NCBI GenBank assembly: GCA_002269645.1 | Contig: NIVC01001123.1 | Coordinates: 1 to 33,600 of the forward strand | DNA from: Macrostomum lignano | Lineage: Eukaryota | Direction of reading: 5' to 3' | DNA: 33,600 nucleotides | Shown: positions 11,887 through 23,945 of the stretch, one piece after another | Position numbering within the stretch: the first letter of the stretch is position 1 | Layout of the letters: each line of letters opens with the position of its first letter | Notes under the pieces: model-generated | Seen by the model: the letters and a program-made list of their open reading frames with translations, nothing else | Database searches by the model: none | Told to the model about the DNA's origin: nothing | Made by a program: the position numbers and the translations under genes

Positions 11887-12617
11887 TAGTGTCTGTCTGT
11901 CTGCCCCTTTTCTTATATGCCTGTCTGCACTGCCTATCTGTCTGTCCCGTTAGTTAGTCTGTCTGTCGTGCCTTTGCGCATCTGTCTGTTTGTTAGTATG
12001 TATATCATCATATCTCTTATTCTATCTTTGTCTTGTAATACCTTGCAGTTTTGTCTAATACATTCAATTTCCTTATCAATCGATTAATAGGTAAAAATAC
12101 TTTGCTAAGCGGACTCCAGCAGAGTAGTTCCGTATCAATTTTATATATTGTACTAAAGTACATTTATAACTTCAGCATATCTGTAGCACATTGTTGCCCT
12201 CTTACTAAATTCGCAGGCCGCGACAGCCCGGCTGAATGGCGCCGACTTAAACAAAATTTTCGCTGCGCCCTAAACGGCAGCCGGCGCTATCTGCGCTATC
12301 GGCGCGACCTAAGCCGGCGCGGGGGCGCCAACGCCTACCGAGTCTACCAGTTCGTTGCTAACGACGCCAACAGTCGCGTCGCCGTTTTGTCTACGCCAGC
12401 TACTAGTGTTGCTAGCACCCCCACAGATGCCAGCTTTGACATTGCGGCCAATGAAAACTATGACCAATTCGATTGTAAACCCGTTGCCAAGCATACTGTT
12501 GACATTGACAACGAAATTATCATTGATTGGCTGATCGACAAGTCGCCGCTGGTGTCCAGCATTGATCCGTGCATGCATTCCAGCGGCAGCGCCTTGGCTG
12601 GCTTGCTGCAATCCTGA
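11275..12617 (+). CDS. IRF: Interferon regulatory factor family transcription factor (IRF DNA-binding domain, no recognisable IAD), ~256 aa
   Basis: join(11275..11644,12217..12617), phase-1 GT-AG intron. All five IRF tryptophans are present: [27 protein letters not shown]. These are followed by the recognition helix [11 protein letters not shown] and the YRVYQF strand. The start codon could be further upstream. Confidence 0.88.
11650..11990. repeat. (TGTC)n compound microsatellite in the IRF intron
   Basis: Directly visible; begins immediately after the donor at 11645. Confidence 0.95.
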
Positions 12618-12989
12618 TCACTTCAAATAACTGTGGCTTGCTTTGTTTGATTGTATTCCATTTCATTTTAATTTTTGTCTACTCAGTACAGTATTAATGG
12701 TGTATAGATATGTTATCATATTCCCATGGATATGTTATCGCTTATCGGACATCAATGATTAGCATGACTTGATTCTAAATATATGTTATCAAAATTTAAA
12801 TTATTTCACACGTTTGTCTATTTACTTACCGTTGTTAAAGGCCTTTTAGTTATTTTTTCAACATTTGGGTTGCTATCTAATTACCAGTTAGAAGAATAAG
12901 AATAAAGGTAAGTAATTTTAGATCAGGACGGATTATTTTACGACCTTTGGGATTTTAAGTGTAATAATAATTTATAGATCAACAGGTTG

Positions 12990-13408
12990 AGCCACCCTCC
13001 CAGGTTGCTGGGCCACCCTCCCAGATCCTCAGTTTCTGGGCCAGTCTCCCAGATCCTCAGTTACTGGGCCAGCCTCCCAGATCCTAAGTTGCTGGGCCAC
13101 CCTCCCAGATCCTCAGTTGCTGGGCCAGCCTCTCAGATCCTAAGTTGTTGGGCCAGCCTCTCAGATCCTCAGTTGTCGGGCCACAGCCTCCCAGATCCTC
13201 AGTTGCTAGGCCAGCCTCCCAAATCCTCAGTTGTAGGCCAGCCTCCCAGATCCTCAGTTGCTGGGCCACCCTCCCAGATCCTCAGTTGCCGGGCCACCCT
13301 CCCAGATCCTCAGTTGCCGGGCCACAGCCTTCCAGATCCTCAGTTGTCGGGCCACAGCCTCCCAGATCCTCAGTTGCCAGGCCAGCCTCCCAGATCCTCG
13401 GTTGCTGA
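12990..13408. repeat. 28-bp minisatellite (CCAGCCTCCCAGATCCTCAGTTGCTGGG), ~15 copies, upstream of NUP155
   Basis: Tandem periodicity; same unit as 16746-17960. Confidence 0.95.
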
Positions 13409-13692
13409 ACCACTGCTACGCTCAAAGATCCTTAATAGCTTTGCTACCCTCCTAGATCCGTAGGCTACCTTGGTACCCTCAAAAATCCTCATTTTATGGC
13501 ATCCCATATCTTCAATTTGAGTGTCCAAATCCCTAAATTCTACCCTTTGTGTCGCTATCCCAGATTCCTAATACAGGAGAGGCAGAACGGATATCCTGTA
13601 CAGTTGCCCCAACAATAAATATGCCAGATTTAGTACATTTTTGCCAGCTAAAGCCCATAGCGTCGCGCTAATTTCATGTCAGTCCTAACAAA

Positions 13693-16600
13693 ATGGTAAA
13701 TGGACCGCCGTCAGTCGCCATCATGCAACAGCATCAGCAGCAGACTCCGCCATCAAGCGGCATTGCTATTGGCAGCTGCGGAATCGCCGCTACCCCGTCG
13801 GCCGCAGCGTCCGGCGTTGCAGCGTCCGGCGCGCCAGGCGGCGACCTGATCGAGGAGGGCCTGCAATTCCTGGAGCCGTTCGTCCAATCGGAGCGCAGCT
13901 ACCCGGATCTGGCCACCCTGCTAGGCGGCGTGGGCGATCGGGTGACCATGAGCGGCACCGACGTGGCGGCCTATCCGCCTAGTCCGAATGGCTCAGGCGG
14001 CGAAGTGTCGATCTCGCGCGTCACTCCGCTGCCAGGCGAACTAATGGAGAAACTGGGCGCTATGCAGACCAACTGCCTCATGGGCGTGTTCCCGGAGGCT
14101 AGCCGGGCCTGGCTGACTGTTGATAACGAATTCTTCTTGTGGAACTACGAGGACGGCAGCGATTTAGCTTATTATGACGGGCTTCAAGACGCTATTGTTG
14201 CTGTTGGATTTGTACAGCCTAGGCGAGATGTGTTTGCAGACGAGGTGCACCATCTGTTGTGCCTGGCTACGCCTTTAGAATTAGCTGTGCTAGGCGTTAG
14301 TTATCAGTCTGGCCAGGTGCACCTGCTGGCCGAACCGCTGTTGCGCCTGCCAACTGATGGACAGGTTGTCACCTGTATTGAAGGCAGCCGATCGACTGGC
14401 CGGCTGTTCGCTGGCACCCAGTCTGGCTGCCTGCTCGAGGTGGCGTATGAGGAGCGCCGAGTTGGATGGCTTAGCGGCCAGTACACGGTGGGTGGGGGAT
14501 CTGGGTGTGGAAAATATAGAGGTGTTAAATGATAAGACACAATATACAGAGTTACTTAACTAACTGACTGACTGACTGACTGACTGACTGACTGACTGAC
14601 TGACTGACTGACTGACTGACTGACTGACTGACTGACTGACTGACTGACTGACTGACTGACTGACTGACTGACTGACTGACTGACTGACTGACTGACTGAC
14701 TGACTGACTGACTGACTGACTGACTGACTGACTGACTGACTGACTGACTGACTGACTGACTGACTGACTGACTGACTGACTGACTGACTGACTGACTGAC
14801 TGACTGACTGACTGACTGACTGACTGACTGACTGACTGACTGACTGACTGACTGACTGACTGACTGACTGACTGACTGACTGACTGACTGACTGACTGAC
14901 TGACTGACTGACTGACTGACTGACTGACTGACTGACTGACTGACTGACTGACTGACTGACTGACTGACTGACTGACTGACTGACTGACTGACTGACTGAC
15001 TGACTGACTGACTGACTGACTGACTGACTGACTGACTGACTGACTGACTGACTGACTGACTGACTGACTGACTGACTGACTGACTGACTGACTTAAAAAC
15101 TAAAAACTAACTTGATAGTATTGCTACTTAAAGCAGTACATAAGTACATTAAAGATAATTGTTACACTCGCATCTTTTCAGGTACAGGGCCGCTTAATCA
15201 ATCACAGCGTGTCCAGCCTCTCCCGCCTAGTGCCCAGCTTCATCAGTAGTTTAGCGGCAGCCGACGATCCAATATGCCAGGTGTGCGTAGACGACAGCAG
15301 ACGATTAGTGTACACCAGATCGCAGGAGTCGACCGTGTTTGCCTATGCCTTGTCTGCCGAGGCTGGCGATACGGCGGCCAGGCGGGTGGCGGCCTTGCGC
15401 GGCTCAGACCTGGCCGCTCATGCTGCCCGCATTGCTCACATGGTCGATCGCAGCTGTCTAACCGATATTGTACACCTGTCGCCGCTGACTGCTCAGCATT
15501 CCGCTATGCTCTATCTTATGGCCGTCACCGGGTCCGGGGTTCGATTCTATTTCGATGCTCGCCTACGCCTGGCTCACGTTCGGCTAGGCCCGATGTGTCC
15601 GAGTCTGCCTAGGCTGGCCGATATTCGGCTGGCCACGGAGAGCCGCGGTACGGTCCTGATGCTGGCCAGTCGAGGGGAGGATCGGGACACACTCTATGTG
15701 CTCAGTCCGGACCCGTTTCCTAGGAGACCGCAGCTGCAGGTGCGCCTGGGGCTTTTCTATGTACTATTGCGTTTCATTGCGTGTACTTTTATGGTTTCAG
15801 AGTGTACTTTATGTGCTTCAGTGTAGCGCCAGTCCAGCCACTTACCAATGCTTCAGTGTAGCGCCAGTCTCTAGTATCCATTGTACTGTATGCTTCAGTA
15901 TAGCGCCAGTCCAGCCACTTTCCAATGCTTCAGTGTGGCGCCAGTCCAGCCACTTTCCAATGCTTCAGTGTGTCGCCAGTCTTACTTACCAATGCTTCAG
16001 TGTGGCGCCAGTCCAGCCACTTTCCAATGCTTCAGTGTGGCGCCAGTCCAGCCACTTACTAATGCTTCAGTGTGGCGCCAGTCCAGCCACTTACCAATGC
16101 TTCAGTGTGGCGCCAGTCCAGCCACTCTCCAATGTTTCAGTGTGACGCCAGTCTTACTTACCAATGCTTCAGTGTGACGCCAATCCAACGGCACTGTATT
16201 TCAGATGGGTTCCACCTAATTAGCCGTACACACTTTAACTTAATTAACTTAGCCATGCAATAGTAAATTAAATATTCTCCTTCATTTTCCCTCTTTATTC
16301 AGGAGGCCTGCAGCGTGGCCTGGCCCCCTGGCCGTGCCTGGATCATGTGCTGCCTGCCCAGCCCGCAGCTGGATTATCGGGACATCGGCATCGATCCCCA
16401 GCTGCACGACGGTCCCCTAGTTGGCAGGCCGTATCCTCCTGTGTTTCTGACTCAACACGTTGATCCGGTCAGGCGGTTTCTATTAGTATCAGTGCACGGC
16501 CTTGTGCTGCTGGAATTGCAGACTCCGCTAATGCGTCTGGCCGGTTTGTTAGCGGCCAATCAGCCGGATTCTCGTCCGGTGACAGATTGGTTTGCCCACT

Positions 16601-19521
16601 TTGGCCCCGAGGAGAGCAGCTGCGTCTGTCTGATCCTAGCCTGCTGCGATAGCGACGATCTAGTTAGGGAGAGAGCGCTGGCCGCCGTCATGCTGCATGG
16701 CACTGCCGCGGCTGTTAGAGATGGTTGGTACTTTTATTTTGAGTCTCCTCAGTTGCTGGGCCAGCCTCCCAGATCCTCAGTTGCTGGGCCAGCCTCCCAG
16801 ATCCTCAGTTGCTGGGCTAGCCTCCCAGATCCTCAGTTGCTGGGCCATCCTCCCAGATCCTCAGTTGCTAGGCCACTATCCCAGATCCTCACCAGCTGCC
16901 CGCATCCTCAGTTGCTGGGCCACCACCACCCTCCCAGATCCTCACCTGCTGCCCAGATCATCAGTTGCTGAGCCAGCCTCCCAGATACTCAGTTGCTAAG
17001 CTAGCCCTCCCAGATCCTCAGTTGCTGGGCCAGCCTCCCAGATCCTCAGTTGCTAGGCCAGCCTCCCAGATCCTCAGTTGCTGGGCCAGCCTCCCAGATC
17101 CTCAGTTGCTGGGCCAGCCTCCCAGATCCTCAGTTGCTGAGCCACCTGCCAGTCCCCAGATCCTCAGTTGCTAGGCCAGCCTCCCAGATCCTCAGTTGCT
17201 GGGCCAGCCTCCCAGATCCTCAGTTGCTGGTCCAGCCTCCCAGATCCTCAGTTGCTAGGCCAGCCTCCCGCATCCTCAGTTGCTGGGCCACCACCACCCT
17301 CACAGATCCTCAGTTGCTGGGCCAACCTCCCAGATCCTCAGTTGCTGGGCCAGCCTCCCAGATCCTCAGTTGCTAGGCCAGCCTCCCAGATCCTCAGTTG
17401 CTGGGCCAGCCTCCCAGATCCTCAGTTGCTGGTCCAGCCTCCCAGATCCTCAGTTGCTAGGCCAGCCTCCCGCATCCTCAGTTGCTGGGCCACCACCACC
17501 CTCACAGATCCTCAGTTGCTAGGCCAGCCTCCCAGATCCTCAGTTGCTGGGCCAGCCTCCCAGATCCTCAGTTGCTGAGCCACCTGCCAGCCTCCCAGAT
17601 CCTCAGTTGCTGGGCCAGCCTCCCAGATCCTCAGTTGCTGGGCCAGCCTCCCAGATCCTCAGTTGCTGGGCCAGCCTCCCAGATCCTCAGTTGCTGAGCC
17701 ACCTGCCAGCCTCCCAGATCCTCAGTTGCTAGGTCAGCCTCCCAGATCCTCAGTTGCTGGGCCAGCCTCCCAGATCCTCAGTTGCTAGGCCAGCCTCCCA
17801 GATCCTCAGTTGCTAGGCCAGCCTCCCGCATCCTCAGTTGCTAGACCAGCCTCCCAGATCCTCAGTTGCTGGGCCACCACCACCCTCACAAATCCTCAGT
17901 TGCTGGGCCACCACCACCCTCACAAATCCTCAGTTGCTGGGCCACCACCACCCTCACAGATCTTTATTTCTGTAGGCAACCCATTCTGGCCCATCGGCAG
18001 TTTATAAATACATGAAATGCCATCAAATTTCAAGCATAATTAATTTACACCATCTTCGCACCCATCGCAGCCGCCATGGCCGCCTCAATCGATTGCCAGA
18101 CGCCGGTTCCATCAAGCGCCGCGGCAGCCGACCCGTCGGCCAATGCCCTGCTGTCCGGCCTGTCCCGCTACGCCGCCAGAGTCCTGCTGCCTCTCTGGTA
18201 CAGCCCGATCGTGTCTGAACGGCGCGGCTGCTTCTTAGTCAGCCGATTAGAATCCGACGAGCTTGGCTGGTTCTCGTCTCATCTGACTCACCTGTTCAGA
18301 TTTGTGCAATCCAATCTAGCCCAGCTAAGCGCTTCGGCTAGGGGCCGCGTTGAAGCTGAGAGTCAACAGCGGGCCTACAAATTGTTGCAATTGATTTCTA
18401 CTAATTTGGAACTGTTGAACCTGTGGAAACTGCTGGCTGAGCATCAGTTCTATCTTGTGGCCAGGTTTGTACTGATTCAAATTGCACATTACCCCTTGTG
18501 TACTTTATACTGCACATTACCCCTTGTTCCATACTTTATACTACCCATTACCCCTTGTCCCATACTTATACTGCACATTACCCCTTGTTCCATACTTTAT
18601 ACTGCACATTACCCTTTGTCCCATACTTTATACTGCCCATTACCCCTTGTTCCATACTTTATACTGCACATTACCCCTTGTCCCATACTTTATACTGCAC
18701 ATTACCCCTTGTTCCATACTTTATACTGCACATTACCCCTTGTCCCATACTTTATACTGCACATTACCCCTTGTTCCATACTTTATACTGCACATTACCC
18801 CTTGTCCCATACTTTATACTGCACATTACCCCTTGTTCCATACTTTATACTGCACATTACCCTTTGTCCCATACTTTATACTGCACATTACCCCTTGTCC
18901 CATACTTTATACTCCACATTACCCCTTGTTCCATACTTTATACTGCACATTACCCTTTGTCCCATACTTTATACTGCACATTACCCCTTGTTCCATACTT
19001 TATACTGCACATTACCCATTGTGTCCCATGCTCTGCACTATTGTCACAGAAATTTCAAGCCTCAAGAACCTCCCCGACCACAATCGATTGTTTTACAGAC
19101 GCCTGACAGAAGACGAGCGCGCACACCTTCGTGGAACGCGGTTTCGAGACCTACTTCTGGCTAAGAATCGCCTACTGCTCAATCGTTTAATCGCCTGTCT
19201 GCTTGAGCACTACCTGGCCGACAGCGCCAGCGTTGACAGCATCTCTAACAAGCTGCAGGAGGCCTGCTCATCGCTCTATACTCCGCAGGATGCCCTGTGT
19301 GCCAAGGCTAACGAAATGCTGCAAGCGGCTGCCGGCGAGCCGCTCGACCGTCGGACCAGCCTGTTGGCCGAGGCCGGCCGGCTGTACAGGGAGGCCGGCA
19401 CCTCCGTCAGCCTGGCCGATGTGCTGCCCCGGCTAGAGGCTCTGCAGGCCTACGAGACTATGGCCGGATTGTGCCTGGCCTTGGCCAAGCAGTGGGATCC
19501 TCAGGTGCGCGTCTGTGTGTG

Positions 19522-19580
<59 letters not shown>

Positions 19581-21123
19581 GTCAGTCAGTCCGCCCGCTT
19601 CGCATTAGCATTCCTACCCTTGCCGCCCCGCCCACCAGGATCGCGCTCTGCACTTCACACGCGAAGGCCGGAAGCCGCACACGGAGGCGGACGCAGACGC
19701 GGTCGCCGGCCGACACGGCTGCTACCAGGCCCTGCTGGACATTTGCACCCGTCTGCGTCGTGCAGCCACCGGAGCTGGCGCTGCAACCGTGCCGGTGGCC
19801 GTGACGCCCCGACCAGTCGGCGTAAGTCCGCACTCCTCAGCGGCAGCCGCGGCAGCAGCAGCTGCAGCCGCCGTTGTCTCGCAATCGCCGGCCAAAGCGC
19901 AGCAGGGTCAGCACGAGATGGCCAGAGTGTTGGACAATGTTATCCGGGTGAGCCACTTTAAAGTACATTTGCTTCTTTTTAAGCTAATCAGTATGTGGCT
20001 GTGCCAGCGTGCGTCAAGTCTGTTATCTGCTGTATAGACTCCTTAGTACGGGGCGGGCGTAGCCTTTCGCTCTGATGTGCCAGCGGCCCAGGCTCGATTC
20101 CCAGTGCAATTCACATTAATTTGGGTCTAAATTGGAATCTTGGCTTGGCTCTGCTCGTGCAATTAACGCCCTGGATAGCCAACCCCCAAGGTACAGTGAA
20201 GTGTACATTCCTAACGATAAATAAAGTTAGGGCCGCTGTACACTCTTGTGACTACGTACATATCTGCGCGCTTGTGTGCCTGCTCAAGGGAGTCGGCGGA
20301 ATGGGTAGTAATGCCTTCTCGCCGGTTGTGCGACACAGCCGCCTTGCCTCTTGTATTGAAAGTTATTTTTTAGAATGCTTTCATCTCCATGGTAACAGGT
20401 GACGCTAAACTCAGACGACATGCTGGCCCACTACGAGATGTTCAACTGGCTGAGCCAACACGGCATGACCGAGCAGATGCTTAGTCACGATTCGGCTCAT
20501 TTAGAATCCTACCTGCGCAATAGGCTGCGCAAAACGCCCGAAGATCAACAGTTGCGCGAATTGCTCTGCCGGCATTTGAAACGCTGCGGCAAAGTTCTAG
20601 AGGCGGCTAGAATACTCGAACACCTGGCCGTGGCAGCCTGCGACACCGCTGATCTGGCCCAGCGTCAGGCCTACCTGGCTCAGGCCATTGTCGACGCCAA
20701 GAGTCGACCGGGCGAAGGCATTGGCGAATTGCTTCAACAGTTGGAGGACGAGTTGGACACCGCCACGGTGCAAGCGGCCGTGCTAGAGGAGCTGCAGCAG
20801 CGGTATCCGCAGTCGGCTGCCTCGCCCGAGATGGCCGAAGCTGTGCGCCGGCTCAACGGTCAGCTGTTTCCCCTCACGGAGCTCTATGCAGAGTTCGCCG
20901 CTCCGCTGCGCCTGCCGCTGGCCAAACTGAGAATTGTGGCCTCGGCGGGGCACCGGGACCAGGCGCTGGTCAATCAGCTGTGGGAGGAACTGCTGGACAG
21001 GGAGCTGGCCGGACCGGCCGGCTTCAGGGCTGTGCAGCAGACTCTGGCCAGGTGTGTCTGAGCGGGAGCATTGTCCCCAGCGATTTTTCTGGAAGAGTTA
21101 AATAAACAGGTAGACTTGCAAAC

Positions 21124-21206
<83 letters not shown>

Positions 21207-21229
21207 CTAAGACACTAAGACAGACACTA

Positions 21230-21262
<33 letters not shown>

Positions 21263-23355
21263 CTAAGACAGACACTAAGACAGACAGACAGACACTAAGA
21301 CAGACACTAAGACAGACACTAAGACACTAAGACAGACAGACACTAAGACACTAAGACAGACAGACAGACACTAAGACAGACAGACAGACACTAAGACAGA
21401 CACTAAGACAGACAGACAGACACTAAGACAGCCAGACAGACACTAAGACAGCTTATGCAGCTATGCAACCAAAGTGCCGCTGGGGTATTTTTTTTAAATA
21501 AACCGCATTCAATCGCCCAAGCGCCCGTTGCTCTCCATGCCGCAGGCTCGGCCGATCCTATTCCAGCGGTGCCAATGGCGAAGACTTTTTCCCAGCCGTA
21601 CAGATTGTAGCCACACTGGAGAAGCGCGCTATAGAAGCCCGCCTAGAGGAGGGCTGGGTTGTCAACGCGTTCTGCCAGTTCGATTATCCGCTGCACCGTC
21701 TGGCTCAGGCCTACGATCAGCTGCTACGGCGCCGGGCCGGCGATCCGGTCTGGCAGAGTCTGCGAGGCTATCATCAACTATTGCGCAGCCTCATCTGCCT
21801 GCTTGCCAAATTCCAGCGGGCCGCCGATTCCATGCCAGCTAGGAATCGGTGAGTTAATGAGCAGATATTGCGTGTGTTCTGCCCCTTTTCAGTTATACTG
21901 CATGAGCCACTATCAAATTCTATGTTGTTCTTAATGTGAGTTCTCTACTACCTCTGCTATTTCCTCTCCAGCTTCTCATTCTATTCTTCATATCTTCATC
22001 TTTCTAGAATCTTTCCTTCCCTTCCACCTTTTACTTCTCCCGTGTCTTCTTCTTTCTGCCTCCGTCTCTCTGTCGCCCTCTCTGTCGCCATCCCTGTCGC
22101 CCTCTCTGTCGCCATCCCTGTCGCCCTCTCCCTGTCGCCATCCCTGTCGCCCTCTCTCTGTCGCCATCCCTGTCGCCCTCTCTCTGTCGCCATCCCTGTC
22201 GCCCTCTCTCTGTCGCCATCCCTGTCGCCCTCTCTCTGTCGCCATCCCTGTCGCCCTCTCCCTGTCGCCATCCCTGTCGCCCTCTCTCTGTCGCCATCCC
22301 TGTCGCCCTCTCTCTGTCGCCATCACTGTCGCCCTCTCTCTGTTGCCATCCCTGTCTTCCTCTCCGTGTTTTTCTCTATCCTCGCCCTCTCTCTGTTGCC
22401 ATCCCTGTCTTCCTCTCCGTGTTTTTCTCTATCCTCGCCCTCTCCCTGCCTCTTTCTCCTTGTCTTCCACTCCCCTGGCATTGGCTCTCTTCCTCTCATC
22501 TGCCACTCCTTCATGTCCGCACCTTGCTCCTTTTTTCTGTTTCATTTTCATTCTCCAAACCAACCTTGTACCTATCCTTTCCCTCCTTCCTCGAGTCAAT
22601 TTTGTTTCGTATCGCTTTTTCAGCGCTTCAGAAATGTTCTCCATCTACATCTATTATAATTCAATCATCTCCATCTACATCTATTATAATTCAATCATTT
22701 CCATCTACATGATCTATTATAATTCAATCATTTCCATCTACATCTATAATAATTCAATCATTTCCATCTACATCTATAATAATTCAATCATTTCCATCTA
22801 CATCTATTATAATTCAATCATCTCCATCTACATCTATAATAATTCAATCATTTCCATCTACATCTATTATAATTCAATCATCTCCATCTACATCTATAAT
22901 AATTCAATCATTTCCATCTACATCTATAATAATTCAATCATTTCCATCTACATCTATTATAATTCAATCATCTCCATCTACATCTATTATAATTCAATCA
23001 TCTTCATCTACATCTATTATAATTCATTCATCTCCATCTACATCTATTATAATTCAATCATCTCCATCTACATCTATTATAATTCAATCATCTCCATCTA
23101 CATCTATTATAATTCAATCATCTCCATCTACATCTATTATAATTCAATCATCTCCATCTACATCTATTATAATTCAATCATTTCCCCGCCCCAACAACCC
23201 ATCGAATTTAAATTTGCAGTCAACGCGCGGCCTCCCAGTTCCTGGACATGATCTCATCTTATCAGGTGGACTTGCGCAGCCACACGGACGCGATGTCGGT
23301 GAACATCAGCCAGCGGCTGGCTCAGATCAGAGACGATTTGGCTAGGATGGCCTGA
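13693..23355 (+). CDS. NUP155: Nuclear pore complex protein Nup155 (Nup170/157 family), ~1324 aa
   Basis: join(13693..14487,15182..15739,16303..16723,18071..18464,19099..19504,19639..19947,20399..21051,21546..21848,23220..23355) = 3975 nt, GT-AG and phase-consistent. Motifs: [120 protein letters not shown]. The exon 1 donor and exon 3/4 junction are less certain than the rest. Confidence 0.95.
14563..15093. repeat. Perfect (ACTG)n microsatellite, ~132 copies, NUP155 intron 1
   Basis: 531 bp with no visible interruption. Confidence 0.98.
15812..16180. repeat. 35-bp minisatellite (CAATGCTTCAGTGTGGCGCCAGTCCAGCCACTTAC) with shorter variants, NUP155 intron 2
   Basis: Tandem periodicity, ~10 copies. 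Confidence 0.93.
16746..17960. repeat. 28-bp minisatellite (CCAGCCTCCCAGATCCTCAGTTGCTGGG), ~40 copies, NUP155 intron 3
   Basis: Tandem periodicity with CACCACCAC variant units and higher-order duplication. Confidence 0.96.
18483..19020. repeat. 31-bp minisatellite (TACTGCACATTACCCCTTGTTCCATACTTTA), ~17 copies, NUP155 intron 4
   Basis: Period 31 is visible directly. Confidence 0.96.
19511..19582. repeat. (TGTC)n microsatellite, NUP155 intron 5
   Basis: Directly visible. Confidence 0.93.
20050..20105 (+). mobile_element. Degenerate tRNA-derived (tRNA-Glu-like) sequence, possible SINE head, NUP155 intron 6
   Basis: CGCTCT...GCC-GCGGCCCAGGCTCGATTCCC (20068-20102) resembles the anticodon-to-T-arm half of eukaryotic tRNA-Glu, with a B-box carrying one substitution. 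No intact cloverleaf. Confidence 0.4.
21125..21450. repeat. (GACA)n compound microsatellite with CACTAA interruptions, NUP155 intron 7
   Basis: Reverse complement of the TGTC/TTAGTG family at 8331-8805. Confidence 0.95.
22063..22440. repeat. 24-26-bp pyrimidine-rich minisatellite (CCTGTCGCCCTCTCTCTGTCGCCATC), NUP155 intron 8
   Basis: Tandem periodicity, followed by a ~50-bp tandem duplication. Confidence 0.92.
22641..23183. repeat. 30-bp AT-rich minisatellite (CATCTATTATAATTCAATCATCTCCATCTA), ~18 copies, NUP155 intron 8
   Basis: Period 30; gives the [10 protein letters not shown] artefact ORF. Confidence 0.96.
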
Positions 23356-23945
23356 CCCAAGTCCAGGAGCAAGACGGCCGGTCTTAATGAACTTATTTTT
23401 CATACAAGAAATGTATTGCATTTGAATTGCTGCCTGCTGTTGCAGAGGTTTGGTGAACATGCTTACAGTTACCCAGTGTTATTTCATGCTAGTTAGTTTT
23501 AAATTATTTAATAGCCATCAAATTAATTGCCCCTCATTCAATTCAATCGAGGTGTCTAACCTATGTGCCATTGCGGGTGTTGATCGTGTTAAAAATTGCT
23601 TATATATTTATATGTTATTTTATTATTATCTGCGGTACACCTCAGCTCGCCTTTTTGTTGTGTGTTACAATATTATAATAATAATAACCAAATTTAAATT
23701 CCCACTTTTCATGTAAGTGCGTTTGTTTTTTAATTATATTTTTAACAGCGTTGATTCTACTTGAAAAACAACACAATAAACACATTTTGCATTCGACGTG
23801 AACAATCAAATTCACATTGTGAAGAAGAATTGAAAAATTAACGCTTTACTTATAAAAAATATTGCTAGTTGCATTTTCTTAAATCATATAACAGCAGCGC
23901 GTGTATGCGAAACTGCTCATAGTAGCAATATATGTATCTGTAGGC

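Noticed and set aside
18482-19098. His/Tyr/Pro repeat ORFs joined to NUP155 exons
   Set aside because: They derive from the 31-bp intron 4 array; proper GT-AG sites at 18465 and 19098 remove it.
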